This document shows positions 52,901 through 64,000 of a DNA stretch of 64,000 bases, piece by piece. Numbering within the stretch: the first letter of the stretch is position 1; the number at the start of each line of letters is the position of its first letter. Made by a program: the position numbers and the translations under genes. This stretch comes from Takakia lepidozioides (lineage: Eukaryota; Plantae; Bryophyta), in the NCBI GenBank assembly GCA_030704615.1, contig CM060734.1, forward strand, positions 26,846,001 to 26,910,000. Direction: 5' to 3'. A model generated the notes under the pieces. That model saw only the letters and a program-made list of their open reading frames with translations, had not been told where the DNA came from and made no database searches.

Positions 52901-53611
52901 GCGTTTTCGATGCCAAGCCACACCCTTCCCGTGCAGACTTGGTAGGGCAGATCAAGATTGTCAATGAGGGATGGCTGGCGATGATGGAGACTCGGAGAAA
53001 AGGGTACTCGGGGGTGCCATCACCGACTTGGGATAACATGATTTCTTTTCTTAATCTGGTAAGAATCTTTCTCTTCACATGGGACATTCGAAATTGTCAA
53101 TGCCAATGTAGATGTTGGTTTCTGTTGGGACCCTCATTTTTGTTTGTTTTTAAATCGAACCTGTATGCTGCAGGTGAGCACTGGTCCCTCATTCGTATGT
53201 GGTGTTCAGAAAACCTTTGCCGCTGACATGGTCATCCTTGACATCCCAGACGGCCAGCCTGTCCCCGACGTTCCTCCAAAGGGAAAGACTCCATCCTGGA
53301 ACAGATTCGATGAGAACTACTGGAGTTGGGTATTCGGGTTCTACAATAATTTCCTTTCAGATGTAGGAATGCTTTTGCTCTTCCAGTCATGTGACAAGGA
53401 TAGTCATAGGGGACTGGCATCATACCTGAAGTCGTCTGGGTTTGAAATTTTGAGGACATGGAATTGTGTGAACATCCTCTACCTTCTGAAAGGTGGTTGC
53501 CCTGGACAGCTGGTATGGCACCACCCTCCTCCGTACTGTTTCCCAATGTCTTCTTGTTATTTCTGCTAGCTTGCTCTACCACCATCTGTGATGATCGGCA
53601 CCGATCATCAC
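49921..53611. repeat. About 17 intronic copies of the 24-bp palindrome GTGATGATCGGTACCGATCATCAC
   Basis: 13 copies in 49921-51044 (perfect at 50595-50618), 3 in 52028-52283 and 1 at 53588-53611. Confidence 0.93.
52720..52870 (+). repeat. Low-complexity Lys/Glu coding repeat
   Basis: (GAGAAG)n-like, encoding KEKEKE. Confidence 0.85.
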
Positions 53612-56600
53612 AAATACATTCCATTGTAGTTTTCATTTGCAGTCCATGTTTTGTTCCTTCCTGCGCCAGACTTCCTCCAATATTTCCATGTCTCACCCCT
53701 ACCTTGCATCTTTGCCAGACGAGGATGTTTGAGGCAATCTGCCTGAGGAGGATTCGCACCTCAAAAACACCATCCTCCGTCCGCAGCTTTGAAATTTCCG
53801 TGTTTCATCAACCCCCCCTATGAACCGCATGTGGATGACATGCTCTACAATTTCATGCACTCTAGTCAGACAGCCAAAAGACCAGATGGGTTTCTGTGGA
53901 GAGGTGCAAGGGAGAGAACCCCAACGTTCATGCAGACGCTCTTGGAGTCATGCAGCCACGATTCTGCAAGGGTGGTCGACCTCACACTATCCACAGGCTC
54001 GTTGGTTCAATACTGTTCCCATTTTCGAGATCTTCCAGTTTGCATCCGAGTTTGCATCCTCTACAACCTTCTTGACGCTTTCTGTCTTGGCAGGTGCGAC
54101 TTATCGTGCTTCCAAGGTTGGCGGGAGAAGCCTTTTTGGCATGGAGGGCGACACCGAACAATTCAAGAGTGTCCTCCTCCCTCTTGTGTCTGGCACACAG
54201 ACTGAACAAATTCAAATCAGAAATGATGAGGATACCGAGGATAAGCAGATCGACAATGACTTTTCATGTGAGTAAGTCTGCCATGGAATTGTCATTCCAG
54301 TTTGGGTGCTTGTTCAATTTCGCAGACATCAAATTTGCGATGGAATTTGCGATGAAATTTCGCAGACTTTTATCATGCTGTGACTTGCAGGAATGACAGC
54401 GATGGATCTTCAGGAGAAACCCCCATTTGTGGCGAGACTGTTTTCGACAGTCCCCTTTCCACTTTTGTGCTTCCTATGTATGCCGAAGCAATGGCACTTC
54501 AAATGGCCGAGGCTCTATCCCCTGACTTCTTATTGCCCGATCGCAGGTGTAGCCATCGTAGATCTGGAGTTCTTAAATTCTTGGACTGGGATGCAGAGGA
54601 TACATGAATCCATCCCACAAACCCTTCACAGTCATGTCATATCCATTGTGCATTCATCTACTGTGTATTCATGCATCCTCCATTCAAGAATATTTGCCAT
54701 TATTCAACATCCATTGTACATTCATCCATTGTACTCTCATCCATCCCACATTCATCCATATGCTTGCAACTCTGCTTCTTACTTGGCGCGCGTTGACGCG
54801 GCGTTTAAGCTCGATGACGTGGCGTGAGCGCCGCTGAGCTCACGCCACCATGCTCACGCCGAGGCATCCATGCAAACCTGCCGCTTCTGTGTGGGTAAGT
54901 ATTGCCTTCTTTAGCTTTGGCATGTTTTCGTTTAAGCCTGGGCTTACTGATACGTTGAGTTGATATCCTTCTGTTTGATCTGTTGTTGTGCAGGCATGAG
55001 CGACTGGATGGGGAGCATCCTCTTGACGTGCCGTGGTTGGGATGTGATGGATTCATTAGGTCGTTTAGCTGCAGACCTTTGTAGCTGTAATTCGAGCCTT
55101 ATCGATTCTGAAATGCTTTATGCATGGGTCACAACTGCCAATGTACAGTTGTGACGGCCGGGATGCAGTATTGAGATGTTACTGTGAAAATCTTAATACT
55201 CTTATTGAACACTAATCTGTCCATTGAGCGTAGTCCGATGCTAGCCTTCATGGTTCTGCGGTTTTGAATACCACTGTGCAAGGATGATGTTCAAGCGCTT
55301 ACAAGGAATTCGGGTTTGGCCTCTGCGGTTGTCAGTGAGGCTGGCTGAAGTACAGGATTTCTAGCTAAAAGAATGCACTTTGCTTGTTGTCAAACAGGTA
55401 CTGGATGTGTTTGCAGAATGAAGCACTTTGTTTGACTGGCGGTATTAGACTGGAAGATCATGTTGTCTGGGAGGTAGGATGAGCTCTTGAGCAAAGTGCA
55501 ATGCCAACACACAGGGGGTTGAGTGTGTGTGTAGCTCAGTCAGGCAAATGAAGTTAACTGACTGAAATTATACACACTGGATCAACTGAGATATAGTGGC
55601 TGTAATATTATTATTGTCAACCCCAGGTAGTGCCTAAATCATGCTATCAGCATTGCAGATGCTGGTAGACCTGACACTTGATCACTTTTTGGTGAACCTG
55701 GAACCCCGACATGGTCATAAAGTGCACTTTCGGCATCATGCATTTTTGACATTGAATTGTTGCATCAGGAGTGACAGTCTCTAGAGTTCCATACCTCTTC
55801 CCACCCTCAGGATTGTAGCCACAGGGTTGAAAGAGAATGCAAAGCGATGTAGCAACCACACACACTTAGAGGCATCTAGCTCCCCAAGATCAGTTTGCTT
55901 CCTGTCAGTTTTCTGAACTTCTTGTGATTTTATTTGTTCATCTTCTAGGATTTGCGCCAGACATTGTAATATATGAAGAGTACCTAATAGCTTGATTGCA
56001 TCCGCATGCGACACATAGAGTTATCAACGAGGGTAGCAATTTACAAGTTGTAATTGCTCAAGCCTCCATTCCAAAACTGGTTTTTCCGCCAGAATGTCCA
56101 CGGGACTGCTCCAGAAGAGGACAATGTAGGACATGGTTACAGGAGCATCACGGTGTTTTTCTATCGTTTTTGTTTCGCTGGCGAAACGTTTCTTTTGGTT
56201 GGATCTTATGTTCGGTGACCTTTGAGATATGGCAGATATGTCTTTGTGCTCACGCGAGTTAATCTATCGACGATTTCCTTCATGAATTACTTGGCGTGAG
56301 TACTGTTGGCACTTAGTTTCGTATTTTTGACCGTGTGAGCACATTCTTGTTTCGCTATAGAATATTCTAAAGAATATTTGGGAATATGCGGAATATTGTT
56401 TTGTGCTAACGCCCACTGGCGTGAGCCTACTCACATGCTACCCAACCCCAGGCAGTTTTTTGAATTTAGGCACATGAGAAGAGAAAACATTTATTTTCTT
56501 AAGAATACAAATACAAAATAGAAACCCAAAACGCATGGGACAAGGTATCCCATGCGCCAACAGGCCCAGCTCAAATCTCCTCCAAGCTTGGAGGCTCCAG

Positions 56601-56958
56601 CTACCCTTCAGGATGAATATGATGACATTGTCGAGTCCATGCAGGGGCCTTTCCAAGTTACATGGAGCTCGCAAATAGATTGGGATTTGTAGGAAGTTTC
56701 GCACGCAGATATTTGTATTGATTTTTTGTTCAATGAAATTTTCGAAGAGGCTTGAAAGTTTTTTGTTAGAATTTTTAGGCATTAGGCACTTTGGTCCCAT
56801 AATTTCCGTGCAATTAGGCCAAAATTTGAAAAATTCCCAAAACGCTTTAGGCACTTTCAATTTGAATTAATTATCGCCTAAACGGTTGATAAGGGACGGT
56901 AGTGAAAGGGGCCCACCCACCTCCGTGTTGTGAAGGTAGCTCACTGTGTTGAATGTGT

Positions 56959-57059
56959 AGGGTAAGGGCCCCATGCAAGGGCTGTCACACGTTTTAAGCC
57001 ACTGGGAACGAGGGCGGAGCCCCAGTCAAACGTGTGACGGCCCGTGGGGCCCTTACCCT
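56959..57059. repeat. ~100-bp foldback element
   Basis: AGGGTAAGGGCCCCA...GTCACACGTTT pairs with AAACGTGTGAC...TGGGGCCCTTACCCT; the loop contains GGGCGGAGCCCC. Confidence 0.8.
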
Positions 57060-60000
57060 GCGGAAACGTTCCATGAATAAAATCCCGCCATGTGTCCCTT
57101 CTTTTAGGCGCCCAGACTTCTTTTAGGCTTCTTCCCTCGCTGTGGCATCTTCTTTGCTTCCCGCTTCCTTTGGTTCGTCTGATCTCGGAAAGATGCTGGA
57201 AAGACGCGGAAATGGGGGAATGGTGGCAGGAGTGGCCTTCCAGGATGGAACGCCACTCCGCAAATTCCGGTTACGTTCCATCGCGTAATTCAACTGCTCC
57301 TGGGGGGCGTTAGGGTTCACAGGTATAAGCCAACCGAAAATACAAAGGATTTTATTCAAGCAACGCTTACGTTTGAATGGGCTTCTGCTGTCCTGTGAGG
57401 GATGCTCCACATTCTTCACGTGATCGACAGACAAATGGAAGTAGAAGAGGACAATGGACAGAGGTGGGTAGTGGGTTCATTGCATAATATGTCAGACTGA
57501 GCGTATGGGCAACACATCACATGTCAGACATCCTTTTCTCGAACCCATTGAAGAAGACCATCAAATTCCTTCAGATTAGGATGCCAGGAAAGTGCAACTC
57601 TGCGGGCAGTGTGCCCCACAGAGGAATGCCATTCGGACAGAGCATTACTCTCGATGAACACTTATGTTTCAGAATGTGTAATAGATGGAGGAATATCCAA
57701 TTGAATTGTTGTGAACATGGAGGCCGTCACACTGCACTACTACTCACTGTTCTGTATCTCTTTAAGAACAGAATCATCTGCAGGACTGCAGAAGCATTCT
57801 CATATTGTTTGGGAGAAGTTTTGTTCTACACTGCATATTCAATATGTTTGCAACCTTGCTTTCTGGGGAGCGGGGTGGCAACTCCATAGATCATGGGATC
57901 TATATTCCACACTTTAAAATGGTGAATTATTATCTTTAGTAGAGAAAACAACCGATATACGCACATGGCCGCTTCACATCTGATGTCTACAAGTAGAGTC
58001 CACCATTCTAACTTGAAGTGAAGTGAAGCTGAATACTAAGTTGCTTGTGTATCTTCATGCGAATTCGAATAAGACGTTGAATTAAAGAATGCCAAAAATC
58101 TGGGTGTGCACCATGACAGCAGCAAAAGCAACATCAGTTAATTTCTCTTACGATGTGCTTCGAAATCCTGATCCTGATTTAGATGGTTCGGGTTGGTGTC
58201 AAAGTGGACGACATCGAATTGAAACACAATAGATGGATATGGGTGTGCATTATTGCTGCAAAAGCCGCTCCACTTCAAAAGTGATGGCACTCGCCGCACC
58301 AGCTTCATCATCACTAGGAGGCATCTTCTGCTGTAGATTAAGCAGGCGCTCATGCATCAACTGCAGCTGGGCTGGTGCTTCAAGGTACTGCGCAGCTACA
58401 GCTGCAACTTCTACGGGCTCAATTTTGCCAATCAGCTCCGGCACCACTTCCTCACCTGCCCACCTAAGTAAACCATGGCTTGAGGGCTTAGACCTTGGCA
58501 CAATCTATGGCATGAATACAATAAACACCACATATCTTTATGAAAAATAATAAGAAAGACTGCATCTCACCTGTTGGGCCATGCAATAAAACCTGCCGAA
58601 TTTAGAACAGCCAGGTTGGCCAAGTGTGCCACTGCAGAACCCACCCAGCCTGGCACTGCCGCTAGCAGGCCAATCACCCCTCCTGTTGCACCTCTAAACA
58701 TCTGCTCCCCTCCACCCATCAATTTCTTCCATCAGCGTCTGCATGACGGCCTACTATACTGTGACTTCCCTGACTCAGATATTCAAGTCAAACCGTTGCG
58801 AAAGGAGTCACAGTCATTGAACAATTCGAGAGGGGCACCTTTGCGAACCTCAAGTGCATGAGTGGGAAGGACAACAAGCATTGGAACACCCAAGCATCCA
58901 AGCTCTGCAGTGTTTGTACCCACCTGTGCAACCATCCCAACCATCTAACAGAGGTAAGCAAATTGCCACACACTCTCACGCCAGATTTTTCATCCCATCA
59001 TCACCCACTGGGGCAAGGAGGGCCCAGGGACAAAGTAGAACAACAGGGAACCCCATTTCAGAAGACATCAAATGACAACCTGTGTGCGTTGCTATGACTA
59101 TCATTAAGGGCCTGGGTTCCTGCAGGATACTAACCCTCCTGGATTGTGGGGTTTCAGCCACGGCCAATTTGCCATTTGGTAGCATACAACCTACTACACT
59201 CCAGGTGCAGGGATTGGATCCATGATTTATGGCTGGCATTGATGTCATACTAGAAATATGAGATTCATTCCAGCTCTGCTTCTCTAGCCCTCTCTAGCTT
59301 GCACAAGCTGTGGTACTTGCTGTTGTGATTGCGTTACCAGTCACAAGGGAAAACAGCACGGATGACGAGGCATTCTGACAGGCGCACTAAATACAGTTTT
59401 TCTCTAGTCATGCCATCTTTACTCGGTTTTACTGAGTGCCTGCAGCACCCTTACCCCCCATGAACCTTTCTCTATCTTCTTGGATTCTCCCTGTCCTCTA
59501 GGAAGCCTATTGACATTGGGTGGACTTGAAACGGGAGTACATTAATGTCTCTGTGACTAAATGCCGGCCTTGTGACCTCGTGTCCTTGTTTGTTTCGACC
59601 TGAAGCGCTTTGCTTCAGGTAAGGTAGTGCATTGGATTTAGTTGGAAAGCTTGGGGCCTTTCCCTCTTTAGAATATGCCTACACGGGCCATTCCCTGCAA
59701 CTCCCTGGAGTGTGATCTCTGAATGGTAACAAGCGGACTCCTACCGCTTGGGGGCAGCCCCTCCGCCCAAATTGGGCAGTCGTATGCTCTGTCTAGCATA
59801 CTCAGCACTTGGGCTCGGGTTGGTTCCTGTGCTTAAACTTATGGCCTGCGAAAACAATAAAAAATTTAGCTGCCAGTCAAGGGACGAACTTCTTTGAGAT
59901 TGAATTGATGCGGGACTCTATTAGAAGCACTTTTGGTCATTGCAACCTTCAACGTACCCCTATTATCAAGTCTCGAGATGGTACCATTAGCCATGAAATC

Positions 60001-60126
60001 CAAGCCTAAGCTAGAGCATGTAGTTTTAAAGGACACATCGTCCATCCTGGGATTCACCCCAAAAACTACACATGAAGCCCTAGATTTGGCATAAGTAACC
60101 AATTCCCAGGGATCACCCTGAGGAGT

Positions 60127-62548
60127 GTGAGAGTTTCTAATCGGTTTGATGCTCTGGATGAGGTTGAATCCAAACAGCCAGAAGGACAAGATGCCCCCAA
60201 GTGTACGGAACCTGAACGTCCTGAATCTGAAGGATTTGGTACTCTGAATGGTTTACCAATCCTCAAGGTTTACACAAGACGAACAAATTCTATACACGGG
60301 CTAATTGTCCCCAAGCCGTCAGATGGACAATCTGTCCCTAAGTGTGCAGAGCCTGAACGTCGTGTAACTGAAGGATTTGGTACTCTAAATGGTTTACCAA
60401 TCCTCAAAGTCTACACAAGACGAGCAAAATCTATACTCGGGGTAATTGTCCCCAAGCAGTCTGACGGACAATCTGCCCCTATGTGTGCGGAGCCTGTGCG
60501 TCGTGTAACTGAAAGATTTGGTACCCTGAATGGTTTACCAATTCTCAAAGTTTACACAAGACGAGCAAAATCTACACATGGGGTAACTGTCCCCCCTTTG
60601 CAGAACGGTTGGCCGTCCAGGAGCAATCACAAGCTACCTAGACGACAAACAATTCACACGCAAAGGGCTGGCTTGCGGCTGGCCACTTTCAACTTCTCAG
60701 GGTTGACCAACCAAAGGAAACAACTTGAAGTGGGACAAGTTCTTCGGACTAATGATATTCATATCTGTGCTGGGCAAGAAACATGGGAAACGTCGGATAA
60801 ACTGGTTGGAGATGTCATTGGTTATAAATGGGCAGGTAAGATGTGTACTCTCAAGGCAGCCTCTGCCAAACGCGGTCAAAAAGGGGTCGGATTCTTTGTC
60901 CGTGATTTCTTGTTTGACAATTGTGAAATTATCAACAAGGGTTTGAGGTACGAGCATAGTATCTGGCTAAAACTGAATTTGAAGGGCGGCATGAGTACAA
61001 AGGACCTCTTTGTTGGTTGTGTTTACATGCCCACAGAGGGGACCCTTAGTGCTGACGCAGACAAGGCCTTTGAAGATGTAAAGCTGGACTGTGCTTCGTT
61101 CATTGCCAAAGGTCAGGTGGTACTATTGGGGGACTTCAATGCCCGGGTGGGCAAAGGGATCCATCAGGACGATATCATTGGACCTTTTGGTGAGGACGAG
61201 CTGAATTCTAATGGCAGACGGTTAATTAACTGTCTAGAAGAGCTTCAGCTTTTGACCTTGAATAACAGGACAAGAGGTGACCAAGTGCAGTGGACTCGTG
61301 AGAAACCCCAACCTGGGGAACGTTCTATTGTGGACTATATCATAATGGACAAAATTTTGTTCCCCCAGTGTGCCAATGTGTTGATCGACAGAACTGATAT
61401 TGGTACCTCTGACCACTTCCTGGTTTGGACTGAGATCAAAAGGTGTTTTCCCACCACCAAGCGATCTGTGAAACGTTCGATTCGGAAGTGGCGCATAGAA
61501 AAATTCCACAATGAGGAGGTCAAGGCTGAGTACGTCCAGGCCTTGCAAGAGGCTCTCCCTCATTTTGTCCAATCGCTCCAAGAACTTCAGTCACGCTCTG
61601 TTAACGCAAGAAATGAAGTCGAAAGAGCAGTGGATTCTTGGGAGAGTTTCGTTTCCTCCGTGGCTGACAAGATCATTGGGAGGAAACTAATTGTCTGCGG
61701 TAGAGCAGTTAATTGGTGGACTAATGAGATTAAACTCAAGATAGCTGAGAGACAAGCCCTCTATAAGGAGTGCTGCAATTTGGAAACCAACAGAGAATTG
61801 TGGGCGAGGTACTACCAGCTCCGTAAAGATATCAATCAGCTTGTCTCAGAAGAAATTATACTGGGACAAGTTATACAGTGAAATAAACTCAAACCACCAT
61901 GGTGGTAATGACAAGAAATTCTGGTTGGCCCTTCAACGTTTGTACAATCCGAAAAACGGTCAGCAAGTACAAGCGCTGAAGACTACTAAAGGTGCAGTGG
62001 TGACTTCATCGGTTGACATTGTCAAAACCTTTGAAACTCACTACAGTATCCTTGGCAGAACTTCTAGGTCTAACAGTGAGGGGTCTTCTGCTGAATGGAG
62101 GGACACAGTTGGAAAAACTGTTCCTATGATTCAAAACAGCCCTGATGAACTGGAGTATATTTCAATGGCTTATAATGCTCCCATTAGTTCTTCTGAGATT
62201 GTGGAAGCAATTGAACATTTAAATGGATATAAAGCTGGTGGACCTGATGGTATTGTCAACGAGCTTATCAAGCACGGTGGCGATCCCATGATAGAGGCCC
62301 TAGTTCTCCTCTTTAACCTTATCTGGAAGACTGAAATGATCCCCTTTCGCTGGCGACAGGGGGTCATTGTCAATCTATACAAGAAGGGTGACAGAGAAGA
62401 ACCGGGGAACTACCGTGGCATCACGCTCCTCAATGCTGTTGGCAAGACATTCTGCAGAGTTATAAGTACTCGTCTCGAGGTTGATCTGGAGTCTAGAGGT
62501 TGTTTCCACGAAGGCCAAGCTGGCTTTCGGCGAAACAGGGGCTGTGTG
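60127..62548 (+). pseudogene. LINE (RTE/RTEX-like) APE endonuclease + RT N-terminus, 3'-truncated
   Basis: APE: ATFNFSGL, QETW, VYMP, LGDFNARVG, VDYI, SDHFLV. RT: KAGGPDG, NYRGITLL, QAGFRRNRGC. One frameshift near 61845. Confidence 0.93.
60185..60595 (+). repeat. About 3.4 tandem 120-bp (40-aa) in-frame repeats upstream of APE
   Basis: EGFGTLNGLPILKVYTRR recurs every 40 aa. Confidence 0.92.
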
Positions 62549-64000
62549 TTCAAACATTGCGAGTGTTTTGGACTTACCTTGTCAGAGGTACATGTCGAGT
62601 ATCAGGTCAATCGAAATTGATTCAAAGGGTGAACCCATCGTTCCATGTTCAAATGAATTTTTGATTGCTTTCAATCTTTGCGAGTGTGTTGGACATACCT
62701 TGTCACATGCTCCTCTCAAGTATGAAGTCAATCAAAATTGATGAAAAGGGAGAACCCATCGTTCGGTGTTCAAATGATTTTTGATTGCTTTCAAACATTG
62801 CGAGTGTGTTGGACTTACCTTGTCAGAGGTACGTGTCGAGTATCAGGTCAGTCGAAATTGATTGAAAGGGTGAACCCATCATTCGTTGTTCAAATGAATT
62901 TTTGATTGCTTTCAATCTTTGCATGTGTGTTGGACATACCTTGTCACATTCTACTCTCAAGTATGAAGTCAATCAAAATTGATTGAAAGAACCCATCGTT
63001 CGATGTTCAAATGAATTTTTGCTTGCTTTCAAACATTGCGAGTGTGTTGGACATACCTTGTCAGAGGTACGTGTGGAGTATCAGGTCCATCGAAATTGAT
63101 TGAAAGGGTGAACCCATCGTTCGATGTTCAAATGAATTTTTGATTGCTTTCAATCTTTGCATGTGTGTTGGACATACCTTGTGACATGCTCTTCTCAAGT
63201 ATGAAGTCAATCAAAATTGATTGAAAGGGTGAAGCCATCGTTCGATGTTCAAATGATTTTTGATTGCTTTCAAACATTGCGAGTGTGTTGGACATACCTT
63301 GTCAGAGGTACGTGTCGAGTATCACGTCAATCCAAATTGATTCAAAGGGTGAACCCATCGTTCGATGTTCAAATGAAATTTTGATTGCTTTCAATCTTTG
63401 CGAGTGTGTTGGACATACCTTGTCACATGCTCCTCTCAAGTATGAAGTCAATCAAAATTGATTGAAAGGGTGAACCCATCGTTCGATGTTCAAATGATCT
63501 TTGATTGCTTTCAATCTTTGCGAGTGTGTTGGACATACCTTGTCAGAGGTACGTGTGGAGTATCAGGTCAATCGAAATTGATTCATAGGGTGAACCCATC
63601 GTTCGATGTTCAACTGAATTTTGATTGATTTCAATCTTTGCATGTGTGTTGGACATACCTTGTCACATGCTCCCTCAAATATGAAGTCAATCAAAATTGA
63701 TTGAAAGGGTGAACCCATCGTTCGATGTTCAAATGATTTTTGATTGCTTTCAAACATTGCGAGTGTGTCGGACATACCTTGTCAGAGGTACGTGTGGAGT
63801 ATCAGGTCAATCGAAATAGTTTCAAAGGGTGAACCCAACGTTCGATGTTCAAATCAATTTTGGATTGCTTTCAATCTTTGCATGTGTGTTGGACATACCT
63901 TGTCACATGCTCGTCTCAAATACGAAGTCAATCAAAATTGATTGAAAGGGTGAACCCATCGTTCGATGTTCAAATGATCTTTGATTGCTTTCACACAATG
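62549..64000. repeat. Same 120-bp satellite, same orientation, more diverged, mostly A/B dimers
   Basis: Monomers match 1-13041 with more private substitutions. Confidence 0.97.

Larger units (their letters stand above)
49444..54275 (+). pseudogene. Spliced ParB-like + beta-class amino-methyltransferase-like gene (paralogue B)
   Basis: Phase-consistent introns 49690-49783, 49865-51109, 51739-51846, 51932-52340 and 53997-54093 (GC donor), plus two more. ParB-like VVRP...FYVWDGNHRLLAW (51590). MTase ADMVILDIPDG (53222), LSDVGMLLLF, VVDLTLSTG, GRSLFGME. One stop at 51419 and an apparent internal deletion near 51900. Confidence 0.78.

Noticed and set aside
52521-53087. Minus-strand FSFSFS ORF
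   Set aside because: Antisense shadow of the Lys/Glu repeat.
54900-59250. Short minus-strand ORFs (55647-56014, 58138-58501) as additional genes
   Set aside because: Possibly decayed exons, but I recognise no motif and cannot build a consistent gene model.

Overview
Eukaryotic heterochromatic, probably (peri)centromeric DNA. PLS-type PPR and GCN1 remnants point to a land plant, and I infer a seed-free lineage. A ~120-bp satellite array (1-13041, then a 500-N gap) resumes at 62549-64000 and brackets a ~49-kb island of nested, mostly decayed transposons. No intact host gene is present. The island holds three transposon classes that each carry a different methyltransferase-like domain. (1) A Ty3/gypsy family has a DNMT3-like C5-cytosine methyltransferase between protease and RT, and a related copy has a PHD finger after integrase. 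(2) A fragmented Dualen/RandI-like LINE has a chromodomain and a PCIF1/CAPAM-like N6-methyltransferase domain. (3) A Mutator-like transposase (GCM-type Zn domain, DDE core, SWIM) is flanked by two paralogous spliced genes for a beta-class amino-methyltransferase-like protein; the complete paralogue has an N-terminal ParB-like domain. Each paralogue carries its own array of 24-bp palindromes, confined to introns. This last arrangement is the best candidate for an undescribed self-targeting system. All domain calls come from motif recognition by eye, with no database searches.
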